Part shown: in pieces, positions 51,786 to 61,448 of the stretch
Layout of the letters: each line of letters begins with the position of its first letter
How positions within the stretch are numbered: position 1 is the first letter of the stretch
Source of the DNA: Candidatus Omnitrophota bacterium
GTDB lineage: Bacteria > Omnitrophota > Gorgyraeia > Zapsychrales > JBAZNR01
Length of the DNA: 64,000 bases
Assembly (NCBI GenBank): GCA_041649175.1
Contig: JBAZNR010000003.1
Coordinates: 15,449 to 79,448 of the forward strand
Direction: 5' to 3'
Translations under genes and position numbers: made by a program
The notes under the pieces: model-generated
Databases searched by the model: none
Seen by the model: only the letters and a program-made list of their open reading frames with translations
Told to the model about the DNA's origin: nothing

Positions 51786-52497
51786 CCGCCTGAAAAAGGC
51801 CGGGAAGATTTTAGCAACAATCAGCGAAGAATTAAAACGCTCTTTAAAAATAGGAATGACAACCAAGGATATCGACCGAAGGGCCGAAGACTTGATCGCG
51901 CGAGCGAAAGTCAAGCCGGCCTTTAAGGGATATCACGGTTTTCCGGCTTGCGCGTGTGTTTCGGTCAATCAGGAAGTGGTGCACGGAATTCCGGGAAAAC
52001 GAGTCGTTAAAGAAGGCGATATCGTCAGTATTGATATCGGCATCATTCATGATGACTATTTTTCCGATACGGCATTTACCGTTGGATTTGGCAAGATCGA
52101 TCCTGAGCTTAAGCGCCTTATCGATGTCACCGGTCAGGCTCTTTTAGAAGGCATCGAGCAAGCTGTGCCTGGGAATCATTTGTCGGATATTTCGTTTGCG
52201 GTTCAAGATTACGTTGAATCAAATAATTTCTCGGTTGTCAGAGATTTTGTAGGGCATGGCATCGGACGGGAATTGCACGAAGATCCGGAAGTTCCAAATT
52301 ATGGCTTACCGCAAACCGGGCCGATCCTTAAAGAAGGAATAGTCTTGGCCATTGAGCCAATGGTGAATGTGGGAACATGGCGGACCAAAATATTAGATGA
52401 TGGCTGGACCGTGGTAACTCAAGATGGAAAACCATCGGCCCATTTTGAACATACCGTTGCCATCATGAGATCCGGACCGGTTATTTTAACGCAGTAA
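51739..52497 (+). CDS. map: Type I methionine aminopeptidase
   Basis: It has the pita-bread fold with the metal ligands ([24 protein letters not shown]). It overlaps adk by 47 nt. Confidence 0.9.
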   Translation: MPTARSIKIKSKDEIDRLKKAGKILATISEELKRSLKIGMTTKDIDRRAEDLIARAKVKPAFKGYHGFPACACVSVNQEVVHGIPGKRVVKEGDIVSIDIGIIHDDYFSDTAFTVGFGKIDPELKRLIDVTGQALLEGIEQAVPGNHLSDISFAVQDYVESNNFSVVRDFVGHGIGRELHEDPEVPNYGLPQTGPILKEGIVLAIEPMVNVGTWRTKILDDGWTVVTQDGKPSAHFEHTVAIMRSGPVILTQ

Positions 52498-52501
52498 AAA
52501 T

Positions 52502-52720
52502 ATGGCCAAAGAAGACCTGATAGAAGTAGAAGGGGTTGTCAAAGAAGCGTTGCCGAATGCGATGTTTCGCGTCCAGCTTGATAACGGTCATGTCGTGTTA
52601 GCGCATATTTCGGGAAAGATCAGAATGCATTTTATCAGGATCTTACCCGGTGATAAAGTAAAGGTAGAGCTTTCTCCGTACGATTTAACCAGAGGACGAA
52701 TAACATTTAGGTGTAAATAA
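52502..52720 (+). CDS. infA: Translation initiation factor IF-1
   Basis: [66 protein letters not shown] is the IF-1 signature. Confidence 0.95.
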   Translation: MAKEDLIEVEGVVKEALPNAMFRVQLDNGHVVLAHISGKIRMHFIRILPGDKVKVELSPYDLTRGRITFRCK

Positions 52721-52721
52721 A

Positions 52722-52835
52722 ATGAAAGTCAAATCATCAGTTCGAAGAATTTGCAGCAATTGTAAGATTATCCGCCGCAGAAATGTGTTGCGAGTGATCT
52801 GTTCTAATCCAAAACATAAACAGAGACAAGGATAG
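52722..52835 (+). CDS. rpmJ: 50S ribosomal protein L36 (not in the ORF track, 37 aa)
   Basis: [37 protein letters not shown] is the L36 zinc-ribbon signature. Confidence 0.9.
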   Translation: MKVKSSVRRICSNCKIIRRRNVLRVICSNPKHKQRQG

Positions 52836-52838
52836 AAA

Positions 52839-53222
52839 ATGCCAAGAATTTTAGGTATTGATTTACCCAAAGAAAAACGCATTGAAGCCGCTCTTCCGTA
52901 TATTTACGGTATTGGGCCGGCGATGAGCAGAAAGATTCTAGACGAAGCTAAAGTTAGCTATGATAAGCGCGCCAAAGACTTAAGCGAAGAAGAAGTCTCT
53001 CGCATTACGTCGATCCTGCAAAAAGGATATCGCACGGAAGGGGATCTTCGCCGAGAAATCACGCAAAATATCAAACGTCTTATTGATATTGGTTCTTATC
53101 GCGGAATGCGCCACAAAAAAGGTTTGCCGGCACGCGGACAAAGAACCAAGACCAATGCTCGTACCCGAAAAGGCAAGAGGAGAATGATTGCCTCTATTCC
53201 CAAGGCCACTGAAAAGGCATAA
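52839..53222 (+). CDS. rpsM: 30S ribosomal protein S13
   Basis: [26 protein letters not shown] is the S13 N-terminus. Confidence 0.95.
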   Translation: MPRILGIDLPKEKRIEAALPYIYGIGPAMSRKILDEAKVSYDKRAKDLSEEEVSRITSILQKGYRTEGDLRREITQNIKRLIDIGSYRGMRHKKGLPARGQRTKTNARTRKGKRRMIASIPKATEKA

Positions 53223-53247
53223 TTGACAGAAAAATTAAGGACAATTT

Positions 53248-53634
53248 ATGGCAAAATCAGATAAAGCAAAGAGAAAAGATCTAAAGGGCGTCACCAGTGG
53301 CCTTGTCCACATTCAGGCGACATTCAATAATACGATCGTAACGATCACCGACAAGCAGGGCAATGTGATCTCCTGGTCAAGCCCGGGCCTTGTTGGTTTT
53401 AGCGGATCAAAGAAATCAACGCCTTTTGCTGCTCAGATCGCTGCTTCCGATGCGGCCAAAAGAGCTAAAGAGATGGGATTGGAAACAGTTGAAGTTTTTG
53501 TTAAAGGCCCCGGTGCCGGGCGCGAATCAGCTATTCGTGCGTTGCAAGCGGCCGGATTATCGGTGACGATCATTAAAGACGTTACGCCGATGCCTCATAA
53601 CGGTTGCCGTCCACGTAAAAAGCGAAGAGTTTAA
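53248..53634 (+). CDS. rpsK: 30S ribosomal protein S11
   Basis: It shows S11 family similarity ([17 protein letters not shown]...SSPG). Confidence 0.95.
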   Translation: MAKSDKAKRKDLKGVTSGLVHIQATFNNTIVTITDKQGNVISWSSPGLVGFSGSKKSTPFAAQIAASDAAKRAKEMGLETVEVFVKGPGAGRESAIRALQAAGLSVTIIKDVTPMPHNGCRPRKKRRV

Positions 53635-53656
53635 GTTGAGAAAGGAATTCAAATAA

Positions 53657-54289
53657 ATGGCAAGACAAGTTGGGCCAAGTTGCAAGTTGTGCCGACGAGA
53701 AGGCGAAAAGCTTTTCTTGAAAGGCGCACGGTGCTATACCCATAAATGTTCGATCAGCCGGCGCGAATACGCTCCTGGCCAACACGGCGCCAGTGCCAAA
53801 AAGTCTAAAATGTCGAACTTCGGGCTTCAATTACGCGAAAAACAGAAAGTTAAAAGAATTTATGGCGTTTTAGAAAAGCAATTCCAAAATTATTTCGGCA
53901 AGGCAGCCGCTACTAAGGGTGTTACCGGTACGCTTCTTTTGCAATATTTGGAACGCCGTCTCGATAATGTTGTATTCCAACTTGGTTTTGCCACGTCGCG
54001 TACTGAAGCGAGGCAACTTGTCAGCCATGGCAGTGTTTTTGTGAATAATCGTTGTGTTAATATTCCTTCATTTTCCGTTAAGGTCAATGATGAGATCGAA
54101 ATAAAAGTTTCAGACAAAAGCCGCAAAGGAATTCAAGATAATATTGAAACCTCTAAAGAGCGGGCAACACCGGCTTGGCTACAAGCAGACCGCGATCATT
54201 TCAGAGGCAAAGTGTTGAGATTCCCGGAAAGAACAGATATCTTATTCCCGGTCAACGAGCAGTTAATCGTCGAGCTTTATTCAAGATAA
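53657..54289 (+). CDS. rpsD: 30S ribosomal protein S4
   Basis: MARQVGPSCKLCRREGEKLFLKGARC is a Zn-finger-type S4 N-terminus. An S4 RNA-binding domain follows. Confidence 0.95.
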   Translation: MARQVGPSCKLCRREGEKLFLKGARCYTHKCSISRREYAPGQHGASAKKSKMSNFGLQLREKQKVKRIYGVLEKQFQNYFGKAAATKGVTGTLLLQYLERRLDNVVFQLGFATSRTEARQLVSHGSVFVNNRCVNIPSFSVKVNDEIEIKVSDKSRKGIQDNIETSKERATPAWLQADRDHFRGKVLRFPERTDILFPVNEQLIVELYSR

Positions 54290-54319
54290 CGTCTTTATAC
54301 CATCAATTAGGAGGAAGAC

Positions 54320-55312
54320 ATGGGAGTTAAATGGCGAGATTTTCAAATGCCAAAGAGATTGGATTGCGATGAATCGACCTATAATAATACCTACGGAAAA
54401 TTTATTGCCGAGCCTTTTGAAAGAGGTTATGGTGTAACCTTAGGCAATGCCTTACGAAGGATTTTATTATCGTCGATCGAAGGAAGCGCGGTCACGGCAA
54501 TCCGCATTGATGGTGTGTCCCACGAGTTTTCGACTCTTTCCGGCGTTCTTGAATCAGTGACGGATATTGTCTTAAGCGTCAAGAATCTGGTTTTGCGCTC
54601 ACACTCAAAAACACCGAAGACCATTTATATTAAAACCGATAAAAAGGGCCCCATTACAGCCAAAGATATTATCTGTGATGAGACCGTCGAGGTTTTAAAT
54701 CCAAATTTGCACATCGCGACATTGACACGTGATATTAAGTTCCATATGGAACTTGAAGTGTCTCGCGGGCGAGGTTATGTTCCGGCGGATCAAAATAAAA
54801 AAGAAGACGCCCCGGTGGGAACCATTGCGGTTGATTCTATCTTTACGCCACTGGTGAAGGTCAACTTTTTTGTGGAAAATACCCGCGTGGGGCAGCGCAC
54901 CGATTATGATAAGCTCATCTTGGAAATCTGGACCAACGGCGGAGTGAATCCGAAAGAGGCCTTATTGTACGGGGCCAATATCATGCAACGCCACTTGGAT
55001 GTTTTTGTTAATTACGGACAGCTTCCGGAAGAAGAAGAGGAAGAAGAAGAAATCACAGCCGAAGAAAAGGCATTGTACGAAAAGCTACGCCTTCCGATCT
55101 CGGAATTGGAATTGTCGGTCAGAAGCTCAAATTGTTTAAAAGAAGCCAATATTAAAACCATTGCTGATTTGGTCAAAAAATCCGAGCCTGAATTATTAGG
55201 TTTCCGTAATTTCGGTAAGAAGTCTTTAACCGAGATCGATGAATTGTTGAAGGTCATGGGTTTAGGATTGGGAATGAAAATTGACGCGAAGAAATTAAGA
55301 AAGAAAGAATAA
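54320..55312 (+). CDS. rpoA: DNA-directed RNA polymerase subunit alpha
   Basis: It has the RpoA NTD (GYGVTLGNALRRILLSS) and CTD (LELSVRSSNCLKEANIKTIADLV). A poly-Glu linker EEEEEEEE sits between them. Confidence 0.95.
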   Translation: MGVKWRDFQMPKRLDCDESTYNNTYGKFIAEPFERGYGVTLGNALRRILLSSIEGSAVTAIRIDGVSHEFSTLSGVLESVTDIVLSVKNLVLRSHSKTPKTIYIKTDKKGPITAKDIICDETVEVLNPNLHIATLTRDIKFHMELEVSRGRGYVPADQNKKEDAPVGTIAVDSIFTPLVKVNFFVENTRVGQRTDYDKLILEIWTNGGVNPKEALLYGANIMQRHLDVFVNYGQLPEEEEEEEEITAEEKALYEKLRLPISELELSVRSSNCLKEANIKTIADLVKKSEPELLGFRNFGKKSLTEIDELLKVMGLGLGMKIDAKKLRKKE

Positions 55313-55318
55313 AATAAG

Positions 55319-55942
55319 ATGAGACACAAATTTGCAGGAAATAGATTAGGTCGAGACTCGACGCTGCGTAAGGCAACGATGCGTGATTTAGCAAGGGCAA
55401 TTTTTGTGGCGCAACGAATCTGCACAACGAAGGCCAAGGCTAAAGAAGCCAGAAAATTAATAGAACGTTTAATTACGTTGGGAAAGCGAAAAACGCTTTC
55501 GGCGAAACGAAAAGCCTTTTCTATTCTCTGTGACCATACGATGGTCAGCGACCTTTTTAACAAGATCGCTCCGCGTTTTAACAATCGCATGGGCGGTTAT
55601 ACGCGCATCATTCCTTTAGGCAAGCCAAGACGCGGTGATAATGCTTTTCGCGTTTTCTTAGAGTTGACTGAAAAAGAAATTATTGTGAAGGCAAAACCGG
55701 TTACGACCACGAAGGCGAAATCTGAAGCCAAAGAGACCGGCGCGGCAAAAAAAGAAACTTCAGGCGCTGCGACGATAGAATCAAAAAAAGAAAAAACTGC
55801 CGAGCAGCATCCAAAACAGGAAGCAGCTTCGCATGAACATCGCGACCATGAAACGCCGGACAAGAATAAATTAAAGCCCCCGGCCGGAAAAAAGATCATG
55901 GGTGGCATAAAGAAGATCTTTAATAAAAAGCCGTCCGGCTAA
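55319..55942 (+). CDS. rplQ: 50S ribosomal protein L17 with a low-complexity C-terminal extension of about 90 aa
   Basis: MRHKFAGNRLGRDSTLRKATMRDLARAIF is the L17 core, about 120 aa. The K/E/T/A-rich tail is not found in typical L17. Confidence 0.9.
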   Translation: MRHKFAGNRLGRDSTLRKATMRDLARAIFVAQRICTTKAKAKEARKLIERLITLGKRKTLSAKRKAFSILCDHTMVSDLFNKIAPRFNNRMGGYTRIIPLGKPRRGDNAFRVFLELTEKEIIVKAKPVTTTKAKSEAKETGAAKKETSGAATIESKKEKTAEQHPKQEAASHEHRDHETPDKNKLKPPAGKKIMGGIKKIFNKKPSG

Positions 55943-55978
55943 ACATTCACTTGGATAAAAAGGACTTCGGTTTACCGT

Positions 55979-57151
55979 ATGAAAGTAAACCAAAGGATCA
56001 AAACGATCGTTGGTTCTTCAACTTTGGCTATCACAGCCAGAGCCAAGGAGCTTAAGGCCCAAGGTAAAGATATCGTTAACTTTGCCGCAGGGGAACCTGA
56101 TTTTGACACGCCCGATTTCATCAAGAAATCCGCTATTGAAGCCATCCAAAAAGGTTTTACCAAATACACCCCTAGCATCGGTACCATCGAATTACGTGAA
56201 GCCATTTCAAAGAAATTCAAGAAAGATAATCAGCTTGAGTATCCGTCTTCGCAGATCGTTGTTTCTTGCGGAGCAAAACACTGCATTTATGATCTGATCC
56301 AAGTCGTTGTTGATGACGGGGAAGAAGTTATTATTCCATCGCCTTACTGGGTCAGCTATCCGGAAATGGTTAAGCTCGCCGGAGGGGTCTCTAAATTTGT
56401 CAAAACAACGCAAGAGAATGATTTTAAAATAACCGCTTCTCAGCTTAAAGAAGCCGTTTCTTCAAAAACGAAAGTTTTGATCCTTAATTCTCCGTCTAAT
56501 CCGACGGGGATGATCTATTCAAAAGCTGAGTTGCAGGAAATTGCCGATATTTGCGTGTCTAAGAATATTTTTGTAATTAGCGATGAGATCTATGAAAAAC
56601 TCACTTATGAAGATAAGCCATATATTTCGATTGCGTCGTTGGGAAAAGAGATCTATGATCTAACCGCGACTGTTAACGGTGTTTCGAAGGCTTACTCTAT
56701 GACCGGCTGGCGCATTGGATATTGCGCGGCGTCCAAAGAGATCATTGGTTATGTAAATCGCTTCCAAGACCACAGCACGTCCAATCCTTCGTCGATCAGT
56801 CAAATGGCGGCCTTAGCAGCCCTTCAGGCCTCCGAAGAAAGCATTGCTGCCATGCGTCAAGAGTTTAAAAAACGCCGCGACTTGATGGTGTCATGTTTGA
56901 GAAATATTCCGGAAATAAGCTTTACCGTTCCTCAGGGCGCTTTTTATGTTTTTTGCAATATTGAAAAACTGGGAATGGATTCTGTTACGGTCGCTAAACG
57001 CATTTTAGATGAAGTCAGCGTGGCGATCATTCCCGGCGATGGATTTGGCGCTGATGAATATGTCCGTTTAAGCTTTGCGACATCCAGCGAGCGGATCACG
57101 GAAGGTATCAAGCGCATCGAAAACTGGGTGAAAGCATTACCCCGGAAATAA
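55979..57151 (+). CDS. Pyridoxal-phosphate-dependent aminotransferase class I (aspartate aminotransferase-like)
   Basis: NFAAGEPDFDTP, NSPSNPTG and the PLP-lysine motif SKAYSMTGWRIGY are present. Confidence 0.85.
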   Translation: MKVNQRIKTIVGSSTLAITARAKELKAQGKDIVNFAAGEPDFDTPDFIKKSAIEAIQKGFTKYTPSIGTIELREAISKKFKKDNQLEYPSSQIVVSCGAKHCIYDLIQVVVDDGEEVIIPSPYWVSYPEMVKLAGGVSKFVKTTQENDFKITASQLKEAVSSKTKVLILNSPSNPTGMIYSKAELQEIADICVSKNIFVISDEIYEKLTYEDKPYISIASLGKEIYDLTATVNGVSKAYSMTGWRIGYCAASKEIIGYVNRFQDHSTSNPSSISQMAALAALQASEESIAAMRQEFKKRRDLMVSCLRNIPEISFTVPQGAFYVFCNIEKLGMDSVTVAKRILDEVSVAIIPGDGFGADEYVRLSFATSSERITEGIKRIENWVKALPRK

Positions 57152-57203
57152 TTTATTCTGAAAATTCACTTCGGCGATCTAACAGCAACGGGAGGGAATA
57201 GAT

Positions 57204-58250
57204 ATGGAATTAAGAGATTTATTGCTTTTGACGGTCCAGAAAAAAGCGTCCGATTTACATCTTACTGAAAATACCCCTCCGGTTTTGCGCATTGACGGTA
57301 ATTTAGTTCTCTACAAGGCCGCTCCGTTGTCGCGCGATGAAATCAAAAAGATGGTCTACAGCATGCTTTCGGACTATCAAAAAGAAAAATTTGAAAAAGA
57401 GCTGGAGCTAGATTTTTCTCTAGCGCTTCCCGGCTTGGATCGTTTTCGTGCCAATATTCATATTCAACGTAGTTCCGTTGAAGTGGCGTTTCGCCGTATC
57501 CCGCTTTTTATTCCCAATATTGATGAATTGGGACTCCCTTCGGTTGTTCCGGATTTTGCCCGCAAACCCAATGGGCTTGTACTGGTCACGGGGCCGACAG
57601 GTATGGGAAAAACGACAACCCTGGCATCCATGATCGATCTGATCAATAATGAGCGCTCTTCTTTGATCATCTGTATCGAAGATCCTATCGAGTATATTCA
57701 TTACAATAAGAAGTGTATTATTAAACAACGCGAAGTACATAGCGATACGCATTCGTTCTCCGAGGCGCTAAAACGTTGTTTGCGTCAAGACCCCGATGTT
57801 ATTGTCGTCGGAGAAATGAGAGATTTGGAAACCATCGGAACAGCTTTAACGGCAGCGGAAACAGGCCATTTGGTTCTAGCAACTTTGCACACGCCTGACG
57901 CTCCCCAGACGGTTCAGCGTATCATTGATGTTTTTCCTCCGCATCAACAACAGCAAGTCAAGCTGCAGCTTTCCGACTGTCTTCAGGGTGTTGTTTCACA
58001 GCTTCTTTTACCGCGTGCCAGCGGACACGGACGGGTTTTGGCGACCGAGATCATGACCGTTACGCCGGGAATTCGTAATCTCATTCGTGAACAAGCTATT
58101 GAGCAGATCCCAACGGCTATTCAAACTGGCGGCCAATACGGCATGAAATCGATGGATAAATCTCTCAAAGAGCTTTATCAATCCGGCGTGATCAATTATG
58201 AAGTTGCTTTGAGCAAAACAAAAAATCCCGAAGAGTTTCGTCAACTATAA
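57204..58250 (+). CDS. pilT: Type IV pilus retraction ATPase PilT
   Basis: Walker A GPTGMGKTTT, the Asp box and IEDPIEY are present. Size and overall similarity fit PilT/PilU (348 aa, with no N-terminal domain as in PilB). Confidence 0.9.
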   Translation: MELRDLLLLTVQKKASDLHLTENTPPVLRIDGNLVLYKAAPLSRDEIKKMVYSMLSDYQKEKFEKELELDFSLALPGLDRFRANIHIQRSSVEVAFRRIPLFIPNIDELGLPSVVPDFARKPNGLVLVTGPTGMGKTTTLASMIDLINNERSSLIICIEDPIEYIHYNKKCIIKQREVHSDTHSFSEALKRCLRQDPDVIVVGEMRDLETIGTALTAAETGHLVLATLHTPDAPQTVQRIIDVFPPHQQQQVKLQLSDCLQGVVSQLLLPRASGHGRVLATEIMTVTPGIRNLIREQAIEQIPTAIQTGGQYGMKSMDKSLKELYQSGVINYEVALSKTKNPEEFRQL

Positions 58251-58268
58251 TTTTTAAAGGCTTCGTTT

Positions 58269-59354
58269 ATGTCTTACAATGTAACGCTTATTCCCGGTGA
58301 TGGCATTGGCCCCGAAGTGGCTTTTGCAATGAAGAAATGCATTGACGCGACGGGCGTTAAAATAAATTGGGACGAACAGCCCTCGGGTGAATCTGCTATT
58401 AAAGAATTTGGAACGCCGTTACCGGAACAAACCCTCGCCTCGGTTCGAAAAAATAAAGTTGCTATTAAAGGCCCCATTGCTACGCCTGTCGGTAAAGGTT
58501 TTCGATCAGTTAATGTTCAACTGCGCCAAGCGTTGGATCTGTTCGCCTGTGTTCGTCCGGCAAAATATTTTGAAGGCGCCAAATCCATTGTCAAAAATAT
58601 TGACCTGGTCATTGTTAGAGAGAACACCGAAGACCTTTATGCCGGAATTGAATTTGACTTAAAAAGTAAAGAGGCCTTACATCTTATTAAAGAGATCAAT
58701 GCGCTTTCTTCTCGGAAAATCAATGATGACGCGGCCATTTCCATAAAACCTATTTCTGTTTCTGCGTCGCGGCGTATTATAAAATATGCATTTGATTATG
58801 CGGTTACGCACAATCGCCGGAAGGTGACAGCGGTTCATAAAGCTAATATCATGAAGTTTTCCGACGGATTATTCTTAAGAATAGCCAGGGAAGTTGCCGA
58901 AGAGTACAAAGGAAAAATCGAATTTGAAGATGTTATTGTCGACAATATGTGTATGCAACTTGTTCAGCGGGCTAACTTTTTCGATGTTTTAGTTTTACCA
59001 AATCTTTATGGCGATATTGTCTCCGACCTATGCGCGGGGCTTATTGGCGGTTTGGGAATTGCTCCGGGAGCTAATATCGGAGATTCCATTGCTTTGTTTG
59101 AACCGGTCCATGGCTCGGCTCCGAAATATGCCGGGAAAAATAAAGTTAATCCGACGGCAACTATTCTTTCCGGGGTTTTAATGCTGGAGCATATTAAAGA
59201 GAAAGAAGCAGCCCAGCGGTTGGAGGCGGCTGTTCGCGCTGTTATCAAAGCAGGCAAATTTGTTACCTATGACCTAAAGCCTGATCGCAATGATTCATCA
59301 TCGGTTGGAACTTCTGAAATGGCTGACGCGATTTGCAAAGAATTGCGTTCTTAA
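58269..59354 (+). CDS. Isocitrate/isopropylmalate dehydrogenase family protein (likely NAD-dependent isocitrate dehydrogenase)
   Basis: LIPGDGIGPEV and NLYGDIVSDLCAGLIGGLGIAPGANIG are the family signature. Confidence 0.8.
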   Translation: MSYNVTLIPGDGIGPEVAFAMKKCIDATGVKINWDEQPSGESAIKEFGTPLPEQTLASVRKNKVAIKGPIATPVGKGFRSVNVQLRQALDLFACVRPAKYFEGAKSIVKNIDLVIVRENTEDLYAGIEFDLKSKEALHLIKEINALSSRKINDDAAISIKPISVSASRRIIKYAFDYAVTHNRRKVTAVHKANIMKFSDGLFLRIAREVAEEYKGKIEFEDVIVDNMCMQLVQRANFFDVLVLPNLYGDIVSDLCAGLIGGLGIAPGANIGDSIALFEPVHGSAPKYAGKNKVNPTATILSGVLMLEHIKEKEAAQRLEAAVRAVIKAGKFVTYDLKPDRNDSSSVGTSEMADAICKELRS

Positions 59355-59385
59355 GAAGCTCTTGCTTAAACACACGATATAAAAG

Positions 59386-59414
59386 ACGACATAGCGATAT
59401 GTCGTTTTGCTTTT
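59386..59414 (+). terminator. Rho-independent terminator (8-bp stem ACGACATA/TATGTCGT, GCGA loop, then TTTTGCTTTT)
   Basis: A perfect hairpin is followed by a U-tract directly after the dehydrogenase gene. Confidence 0.6.
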
Positions 59415-60089
59415 ATGCTTCTGGATAATTCCATGAATAATATTTACGCAAAACATCTCTGTCAATATAAAGATCTAGGGCTAATTTCTTACGAGGAAGC
59501 CTATCGAATCCAACAAGAGGCATGGAATGATGTTATTAAGACAAGAGGGCATAAACTATTTTTTTGCGAGCATGACCCCGTGTTCACCTTGGGAAAATTG
59601 GCCAAAGACGAACATTTTCTTTTATCTCAGGAATCTATTCAGAAGAAAGGAATTAAAGTCTTGCGTATTGACCGCGGCGGAGAGGTCACCTTTCACGGTC
59701 CGGGCCAAATTGTAGCTTATCCAATTTTTGATCTCAATGTTCTTGGAAAAGATCTTAAAGCTTATATACGGAAATTAGAGCAAGTTGCCATTGATTTCCT
59801 GCAACATTTTGATATAGTGGCTAGTAGCGTTGAGGGAAAAACCGGTGCCTGGGTGGGGAATCGAAAGATCGCCTCCATTGGTATCGGTGTTAAAAAATGG
59901 GTTTCTTACCACGGTATTGGGATCAATGTTAATACCGACTTAAACTTCTTTAAAATGGTTCGCCCCTGTGGCTTAGATGTGGAAATGATTTCTCTCCAAG
60001 CGCTATTAGGAGCTTCGGTTGATTTGAAAGACGCAAAAACGAAGTTGCTGAAGTCTTTCGCGCGTCATTTCGAGCTAAAATTTGCCTAA
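59415..60089 (+). CDS. lipB: Octanoyltransferase (lipoyl(octanoyl) transferase LipB); alternative start at ATG 59433
   Basis: RGGEVTFHGPGQIVAYPIFDL and KIASIGIGVKKWVSYHGIGINV carry the catalytic Lys and Cys region. Confidence 0.85.
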   Translation: MLLDNSMNNIYAKHLCQYKDLGLISYEEAYRIQQEAWNDVIKTRGHKLFFCEHDPVFTLGKLAKDEHFLLSQESIQKKGIKVLRIDRGGEVTFHGPGQIVAYPIFDLNVLGKDLKAYIRKLEQVAIDFLQHFDIVASSVEGKTGAWVGNRKIASIGIGVKKWVSYHGIGINVNTDLNFFKMVRPCGLDVEMISLQALLGASVDLKDAKTKLLKSFARHFELKFA

Positions 60090-60101
60090 AAAGGAACAAA
60101 A

Positions 60102-60332
60102 TTGACAGAAGTTAAAGTACCTGATCTTGGTGAGGAGATCAAAAAAGTAACGATTGCCTCCTGGCTGTGTAAATCCGGCGACCACGTCAAAAGCGGTGAT
60201 GACCTTGTTGAACTTGTGACGGATAAAGCATCTTTCGCTATTGATGCGCCTGCTAGCGGAGTTATTCATAAAATTCTATTAAAAGAAGGAAGCGAAGCCA
60301 GTATCGGCGATGTGCTTGCATTGATCCAATAA
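60102..60332 (+). CDS. Stand-alone lipoyl-attachment (biotin/lipoyl) domain protein, 76 aa, TTG start
   Basis: VKVPDLGEEIKKVTIASWLCKSGDHVKSGDDLVELVTDKASFAIDAPASGVI is a flattened beta-barrel lipoyl domain. The lipoyl-Lys is in the ..TDKAS.. motif. Confidence 0.7.
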   Translation: MTEVKVPDLGEEIKKVTIASWLCKSGDHVKSGDDLVELVTDKASFAIDAPASGVIHKILLKEGSEASIGDVLALIQ

Positions 60333-60338
60333 TCTCTC

Positions 60339-61448
60339 ATGCCTCGCAGAATTCTCTTAATGTATATTTCGGAGGTCTCCGGACATCATCAGGCGACGCT
60401 TGCCATTGAGAAATCCGTCCGTACTCTTGCCCCTGATTGCGAGATCGTTAACATTAACGGCTTTGGCTATGCCTATCCGATTATTGAGAAAATCATCAAC
60501 AAAGCTTACCTAAGCGTTATTAAGCGCACACCTAAAATTTGGGACTATCTTTATGATAATCCCAAAGTTGTTAAGAAAACCCAAAAGATCAAAGAGGCTA
60601 TTCATAAGGCGAATCACGCGAAGCTGGACCGATTGTTTCGTGATTTTTCGCCTGATACGGTTGTTTGCACGCAAGCTTTTCCTTGCGGGATGGTTGCCGA
60701 CTATAAAAAGACGTATAATCTAAGCATTACGATCATCGGTGTTTTAACCGATTATGCGCCGCATGCCTATTGGATCAATGAAGGCGTTGATTACTATATT
60801 GTTCCATCAATGGACGCCAAAGAACGTTATGTGCAGCAAGGTGTTGATGAGCATAAAATTAAAGTCTTCGGAATTCCTGTTGATCAAAAGTTTAGTGAAA
60901 GCTTAGAGAAGAATAAAATTGCTGAAAAGCTTGGGCTGGATTTAAATATTCCGGCTGTTTTGGTGATGGGAGGAGGGCAGGGTTTAGGCCCTATTCGGAC
61001 AATCGTAAAATCTTTGCTGGCTTCTGAGGAATCGTTGCAGCTTATGGTCGTTGCCGGAACAAATAAAAGGCTTATTAAATGGTTGCGTAAAATACAATCA
61101 CGAAGCCAAAAGAAGTTCTTGGTTTTTGAATTTGTTAACAATATTGATGAATTAATGACGGTCGCATCGCTCGTGGTCACTAAGCCCGGCGGGATCACCA
61201 CGACCGAGGCTTTAGCGAAACATCTTCCGATGGTTATCATTAATCCTATTCCGGGCCAGGAAGTTCACAATACAACATTTCTGATTAAAAATGGTGTTGC
61301 TATTCGTGTTGATAAAGCTGATCAAATATCCTTAGAGATCGAATCGCTTTTAAGAGCGCCTCATCGGTTAGAATCGATGCGGCAGGCGGCCAAAGAACAT
61401 AGCCGGCCGCATTCATCCATGGACATCGCCAAACTTATATTGTCATAA
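60339..61448 (+). CDS. Glycosyltransferase family 28 / MGDG-synthase-like diacylglycerol glycosyltransferase
   Basis: The N-terminus ILLMYISEVSGHHQATLAIEKS is the MGDG_synth-type GGH motif. The C-terminal GT-B domain has VVTKPGGITTTEA. Confidence 0.65.
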   Translation: MPRRILLMYISEVSGHHQATLAIEKSVRTLAPDCEIVNINGFGYAYPIIEKIINKAYLSVIKRTPKIWDYLYDNPKVVKKTQKIKEAIHKANHAKLDRLFRDFSPDTVVCTQAFPCGMVADYKKTYNLSITIIGVLTDYAPHAYWINEGVDYYIVPSMDAKERYVQQGVDEHKIKVFGIPVDQKFSESLEKNKIAEKLGLDLNIPAVLVMGGGQGLGPIRTIVKSLLASEESLQLMVVAGTNKRLIKWLRKIQSRSQKKFLVFEFVNNIDELMTVASLVVTKPGGITTTEALAKHLPMVIINPIPGQEVHNTTFLIKNGVAIRVDKADQISLEIESLLRAPHRLESMRQAAKEHSRPHSSMDIAKLILS

